Shown here: piece after piece, positions 59,714-64,000 of the stretch
Numbering within the stretch: the stretch's first letter is position 1
Layout of the letters: each line of letters begins with the position of its first letter
DNA from: Acidimicrobiales bacterium
GTDB taxonomy: Bacteria > Actinomycetota > Acidimicrobiia > Acidimicrobiales > SZUA-35
Direction: 5' to 3'
Assembly: GCA_965262175.1 (NCBI GenBank)
Contig: CBDHES010000002.1
Span: 1,248,315 to 1,312,314 of the forward strand
DNA: 64,000 bases
Notes under the pieces: model-generated
The model's input: only the letters and a program-made list of their open reading frames with translations
Database searches by the model: none
Told to the model about the DNA's origin: nothing
Position numbers and translations under genes: made by a program

Positions 59714-60677
59714 CCTTGGTGAGGCGGTCGAGGACGGCGGGGCGGAGGGGACCCTTCGGCGGGGGGACGGCGAGGAGTCGCTCGACCCCGAGCCGGTCGG
59801 CGTCCCGCAAGGTCTCGTACAACCGGGCGGCGTAGCCCGCGGCGTCGGCCGGCAACCGCCACGACGGTTGGTGGTCGACCACCGCGGGAGCCATCACCCC
59901 GACGGTGTCGTCCAGTTCACCGGCCCGTTCGAGGGCAGCGATCTTCGCCGCCAACCGTCCCCGGTCGGTCACCACCTCGACCGCGGCGTCGGGGGCGTAG
60001 TGGGACGCCAACATCCCCGGGGCTCGGGCCGGGCCGTCCCGGCCGTCGACCACCACCTCTCCGAGGGCATCCTCCAGCTGGAGCCGGGTGATCGCCCCGG
60101 GGCGGAGGAGCGCTGGGCGGGGTCCGATGAGGTCGACGATCGTCGACTCGATCCCCACCGTCGTCGGCCCACCGTCGAGCACGATGTCGACCAGGCCGTC
60201 GAGATCGTCGAGCACGTGGGCCGCGGTGGTCGGGCTGACCCGGCCGAAGGTGTTGGCCGATGGGGCCACGACCGCCGAACCGAACCCCGACAGCAAGGCC
60301 AGGGCGACCGGATGGTCGGGCACCCGGAGCCCGATCGTCGCCTTCCCCCCGACCGCCTCCGAGGAGGCCCGGGCCGTCCGGGGGACGATCACGGTGAGCG
60401 GACCGGGCCAGAACGCCTCGGCCAGCGCCATGGTCCGGGTGGCGATCGCACCGGACAGGCGACCCCAGTCGGCCACGTGGTCGGCCGATGCCAGGTGGGC
60501 GATCAGCGGGTGTCCGACCGGGCGTCCCTTGGCGGCGAAGACCCGGGCCGAGGCGGGTCCGCTGGCGGCGTCGGCTCCCAGCCCGTACACGGTCTCGGTC
60601 GGGAAGGCGACCAGGCCCCCCGCCCGCAACATCTCGATCCCCAGCTCGACCCGCTCGGTGACGACGGTGACCGTCAC
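59700..60677 (-). CDS. tsaC: L-threonylcarbamoyladenylate synthase (Sua5/YwlC/TsaC family, with Sua5-type C-terminal domain)
   Basis: GGLVAFPTETVYGLGADA and SANTFGRVSPT motifs. GTG start at 60677 overlaps the mnmA stop (GTGA). Confidence 0.8.
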   Translation of the reverse strand: MTVTVVTERVELGIEMLRAGGLVAFPTETVYGLGADAASGPASARVFAAKGRPVGHPLIAHLASADHVADWGRLSGAIATRTMALAEAFWPGPLTVIVPRTARASSEAVGGKATIGLRVPDHPVALALLSGFGSAVVAPSANTFGRVSPTTAAHVLDDLDGLVDIVLDGGPTTVGIESTIVDLIGPRPALLRPGAITRLQLEDALGEVVVDGRDGPARAPGMLASHYAPDAAVEVVTDRGRLAAKIAALERAGELDDTVGVMAPAVVDHQPSWRLPADAAGYAARLYETLRDADRLGVERLLAVPPPKGPLRPAVLDRLTKAAAR

Positions 60678-61798
60678 GTCCCCGCCGCCGACGACCCCGA
60701 CGCGGCGGCCATCGCCCCGCCGACGACCAGGTCGCCGTCGTAGGCGACGATCGACTGGCCGGCCGCCACCCGCTGCTGGGGCTCGTCCCACCGAATGGTG
60801 CTGCCATCGAGGCGCCCCGGCCGGGTCGGACCGTGGGCCGAGCACTGGAACGCCAGCGGCCCGTCGACGGGACCGTGTGACCAGGCGACGTCGGTCACCG
60901 GCTGCTCCTCGACCAGGAGCGCCCCCCGGTGACCGACGGTGACGGTCCGGGCTGCGGTGTCGACGTCCACCACGTAGCGGCGCTGGGCGTCGCCGCCGAG
61001 ATCGAGGCCCCTCCGCTGGCCGATCGTGACGAGCTGCACCGACGGGACCTCCCCCACCCGGTTCCCGTCGAGATCGACGACGGTGGCGGGAGCGAGGGGG
61101 ATTCGATCGCCGAGGAACGCCTGCCGGCCGCCGACCGAGTGGATGAAGCAGACGTCCTGGCTGTCGGGCTTGTCGGCCGTCACCAGACCGTGGGCCGCCG
61201 CCAGCCGTCGGACCTCGTCCTTGGTCAGGTCACCGATGGGGAGCAGGAGCCGGGTCAACTGGGCCTGGTCGAGCATGTGGAGCACGTAGGACTGGTCTTT
61301 GGCCCGGTCGGCTCCTCGGCCGATCCGGGCCACGCCGCCGTCGTCGATCACGACCCGGGCGTGGTGGCCGGTGGCCACGGTGGTGAAGCCGAGCGCGTCG
61401 GCTCGGCGGAGCAGCTTGTCGAACTTGATGTGACGGTTGCACTCGACGCACGGGTTGGGGGTCAACCCGTCGGCGTGGGCCCGGACGTAGGGCTCGACGA
61501 CGTGGGCGTCGAAGTCGTCGCCGAAGTTGAACACGTGGTGGTCGATACCGATGCGGCGGGCCGCCCGCCGGGCGTCGTCGACGTCGGACACCGAGCAGCA
61601 ACCGGAGTCGCTCTCGCCACCCCAGAGCTTGAGGGTGACCCCGACGACGTCGTGGCCGGCCTCGACGAGGAGGGCGGCGGCGACCGACGAGTCGACCCCG
61701 CCCGACATCGCCACCATCACCGGCCCGGTCGGCCCGGTCGGCCCCTCGGCCGGGGGTGTCCTGCCGGGCCCCGTCGACGGGGTCGGGTCGGTGGTCAT
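60674..61798 (-). CDS. mnmA: tRNA 2-thiouridine(34) synthase (tRNA-specific 2-thiouridylase)
   Basis: PP-loop VAMSGGVDSS and the catalytic Cys pair (NPCVECN...CF). ATG 61798 overlaps the upstream desulfurase stop (ATGA). Confidence 0.85.
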   Translation of the reverse strand: MTTDPTPSTGPGRTPPAEGPTGPTGPVMVAMSGGVDSSVAAALLVEAGHDVVGVTLKLWGGESDSGCCSVSDVDDARRAARRIGIDHHVFNFGDDFDAHVVEPYVRAHADGLTPNPCVECNRHIKFDKLLRRADALGFTTVATGHHARVVIDDGGVARIGRGADRAKDQSYVLHMLDQAQLTRLLLPIGDLTKDEVRRLAAAHGLVTADKPDSQDVCFIHSVGGRQAFLGDRIPLAPATVVDLDGNRVGEVPSVQLVTIGQRRGLDLGGDAQRRYVVDVDTAARTVTVGHRGALLVEEQPVTDVAWSHGPVDGPLAFQCSAHGPTRPGRLDGSTIRWDEPQQRVAAGQSIVAYDGDLVVGGAMAAASGSSAAGT

Positions 61799-62961
61799 CG
61801 GCGCTCCCGGAGCCGGGTAACCGCGGCGGGCACGGCGGCCAGCACGGCGTCGACGTCGTCGTCGGTCGTGGCGTAGCCGAGCGACAACCGAAGCGACCCG
61901 GCGGCCAACTCCCGGGGCACGCCCATGGCCGCCAGCACGTGGCTCGGGTCCATCGCCCCGCTGGCACACGACGACGCGGCCGACGCCATGATGTCCTGCT
62001 TCTCGAGGAGGAACAGCAGCGCCTCGCTCTCGATCCCTTCGAAACAGAGGTGGGCGAGGTTGGCCGTCTTGTGGCGCCGGTCGGGGGCGCCATCGCCCAC
62101 CGAGCCGGCCACGCCGCTCTCGACGACACCGTCGAGCTGGGCGCTGATGCCGTCGACGAGGCGGTCCCGGAGGGCGGCGACCCGGGGAACGGCGTCGGGC
62201 CGGGCGGCCACGGTCTCCGCCGCGGCCGCCGCCATCCCGACGATGCCGGCGACGTTCTGGGTGCCGCCTCGACGGTCCCGCTCCTGGCCACCGCCTCGGA
62301 ACAGGGGCGCCAGGGTGGCCCGGTCCCGGACGACGAGGGCACCGGTGCCCTTCGGTCCCCCGAACTTGTGGGCGCTGACCGAGATGAGGTCACAGCCGGC
62401 CGCGACGTCGGCCACGTCGACCCAACACAGCGCCTGGACGGCATCGGTGTGGACGAGCGCCTCGGGCTGGACCCGGCGGACCACCTCGACCACCTCGGCG
62501 AGGGGCTGGAGGATGCCGGTCTCGTTGTTGGCCACCATCACCGAGACGATCGCCACCGGCCCGATGGCCTCGTCGCCGAGGACCGACGCCAGGTGATCGA
62601 GATCGATCCGCCCGTCGGACCCGACCCGGACGACCGGCCCGCCGAGGTGCTCGACGGGGTCGAGGACGGCGTGATGCTCGACCGCCGAGCACACCGGGAC
62701 CCCGCCTCGGGCGTCGACGACGCCCCTGATCGCCAGATTGTCGGCCTCGGTCCCCCCGGCGGTGAACACGATCTGGCCCGGCTCGGCGCCGAGGACCTCG
62801 GCCATGGTGTCGCGGGCGTCATCGAGGGCGTGGTTGGCCGACCGGGCCAACCGGTGGGCCCCCGACGGGTTCCCGTAGTGCTGGGTGAAGTACGGGACCA
62901 TGGTCTCGACCACGGCCGGGCGGACCGGGGTCGTGGCGGCGTTGTCGAGGTAGTGGACCAT
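61795..62961 (-). CDS. Cysteine desulfurase (IscS/NifS family, class V aminotransferase)
   Basis: PLP-lysine motif SVSAHKFGGPKG, catalytic Cys loop SSCASGA, and an N-terminal YLDNAATTP. Confidence 0.88.
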   Translation of the reverse strand: MVHYLDNAATTPVRPAVVETMVPYFTQHYGNPSGAHRLARSANHALDDARDTMAEVLGAEPGQIVFTAGGTEADNLAIRGVVDARGGVPVCSAVEHHAVLDPVEHLGGPVVRVGSDGRIDLDHLASVLGDEAIGPVAIVSVMVANNETGILQPLAEVVEVVRRVQPEALVHTDAVQALCWVDVADVAAGCDLISVSAHKFGGPKGTGALVVRDRATLAPLFRGGGQERDRRGGTQNVAGIVGMAAAAAETVAARPDAVPRVAALRDRLVDGISAQLDGVVESGVAGSVGDGAPDRRHKTANLAHLCFEGIESEALLFLLEKQDIMASAASSCASGAMDPSHVLAAMGVPRELAAGSLRLSLGYATTDDDVDAVLAAVPAAVTRLRERR

Positions 62962-62970
62962 GGGTCCAGG

Positions 62971-63954
62971 TTACTGGCGACCACGGATCGGCCCGGCCGG
63001 GCCGGGCCACGGAGCGCTCGGCGGCGCGACCGGCGGCGGCGCACCACCCCACGGGCCGCCAGGAGGACCACCCCACGGGCCGCTCGGGGGCGCGACCGGC
63101 GGCGCCGCACCACCCCACGGACCGCCAGGAGGACCACCCCACGGGCCGCCCGACGGGCCGCCCGACGGCGCGACCGGCGGCGCCGCACCACGCCACGGGC
63201 CGCCCAGGGGCGGGGGAGGGTGGGACGGCGGGGCGGCGCCGGGGCGGTTGCCGGGCAACGGCGGCCCGACACCGTGGACGACCGGCGGGGGGACCCCATC
63301 GGGCCAGTGCCGAGCCTGGTGGGCGTTGAGCACCGCGAGGAGGAACGGCTCGGCCCCGAGGCCCCTCGGCCGGACGGCCCCGATGGCCACCGCCACCCGG
63401 TCGGCGACCTGCTCGGTCATGGCGTACCGGGCCTCGGGCCGCATCTCGGTGATCCGCAGCATCAGCTCGCGGATCAGGGCGTACTGCCGGGCGGTGAGGG
63501 CGCCGGTGTCGAGGACACCGGCCAGCCCGGCGGTCTCGGCCGTGGTCGGGAAGTAGACCGGCCACTGGCCGACCCGGGGCACCCGGATCACGATCGTCCC
63601 CGCCGCCAGGTCGCCGAGGCGCTGGCTCCGGGCGGTCAGCAGTGCGAACGCCAGCGCCAGCAGACCGCCCGGGCTGGGGACGAAGAAGTCGAAGGTCGCG
63701 ATCATCGACCGGATGGCGCTGTGGCGGAGGCGGACGGGGCCGCCCTCGGTGGTCAGGACCCGGATCCCGAGAGCCGCCTTGCCGATCGTCCGCCCGTTCC
63801 ACCAGGTCTCGAGGATGATCGGATAGCCGTAGAAGATGGCGAACGCCAGGACGACGAGCACGATCGTGGCCAGCGTGGTGCTGGCGGCGGACACGATCCC
63901 GGTGAGGATCAGCCCGATGAACAGGGCCGTGAACTGGATGGTGACGTCGAGCAT
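62971..63954 (-). CDS. RDD family membrane protein with a C-terminal Pro/Gly/Trp-rich repetitive tail; N-terminus may extend beyond the window
   Basis: RDD-domain pattern (TIGKAALGIRV...DLAAGTIVIR) with TM helices. The tail repeats GGPWGGAAPPVAPPSGPW. Confidence 0.6.
   Translation of the reverse strand: MLDVTIQFTALFIGLILTGIVSAASTTLATIVLVVLAFAIFYGYPIILETWWNGRTIGKAALGIRVLTTEGGPVRLRHSAIRSMIATFDFFVPSPGGLLALAFALLTARSQRLGDLAAGTIVIRVPRVGQWPVYFPTTAETAGLAGVLDTGALTARQYALIRELMLRITEMRPEARYAMTEQVADRVAVAIGAVRPRGLGAEPFLLAVLNAHQARHWPDGVPPPVVHGVGPPLPGNRPGAAPPSHPPPPLGGPWRGAAPPVAPSGGPSGGPWGGPPGGPWGGAAPPVAPPSGPWGGPPGGPWGGAPPPVAPPSAPWPGPAGPIRGRQ
63010..63250. repeat. Imperfect ~60-nt tandem repeats encoding the GGPWGG/APPVAPP tail of the RDD protein
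   Basis: Direct reading: repeated caccccacgggccgccaggaggaccaccccacgggccg units. Confidence 0.5.
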
Positions 63955-64000
63955 CTTGGCCAGCGTGCGGGAGGCGATGCCGGCCGCCCGAAATCGGAGG

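Overview
A 64 kb, ~72% GC chromosomal segment whose gene content looks actinobacterial (F420/deazaflavin-type nitroreductase, PASTA Ser/Thr kinase, DUF4126/DUF4188 proteins, pervasive ATGA/GTGA start-stop overlaps). Housekeeping genes are recognisable from motifs: a 5'-truncated lon, engB, gatC-gatA-gatB, ligA, an iscS-like cysteine desulfurase with mnmA and tsaC, an ECF sigma/anti-sigma pair, an acyl-CoA dehydrogenase and an SDR. These are interspersed with accessory-looking modules. The most unusual is a minus-strand operon at 25112..33616: an NfeD-like gene, a flotillin/SPFH gene, a 1651-aa protein with a C-terminal MoxR/AAA_5-type ATPase, and a YihY/BrkB membrane protein, all translationally coupled. 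Other modules are a glycan cluster at 16155..24149 (two paralogous GT2 glycosyltransferases around a secreted GH16, then a 1029-aa Wzx-like flippase fused to a GT-C/Wzy-like domain), a mosaic tandem pair of Uma2 (PD-(D/E)xK) endonuclease paralogs, an orphan STAND NTPase, an orphan CoxL-family molybdoenzyme behind a 435-nt leader, a two-pair ABC exporter operon plus a MATE pump, a PASTA kinase disrupted by two frameshifts at GTCGGC repeat tracts, and a soluble MCP-like sensor. I found no rRNA, tRNA, CRISPR array, transposase or integrase. Many long ORFs in the six-frame track are antisense or alternate-frame artefacts typical of high-GC DNA, and I rejected them. Every family assignment comes from motifs read by eye and needs an HMM or BLAST check. 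Start coordinates I derived myself may be off by a few codons.
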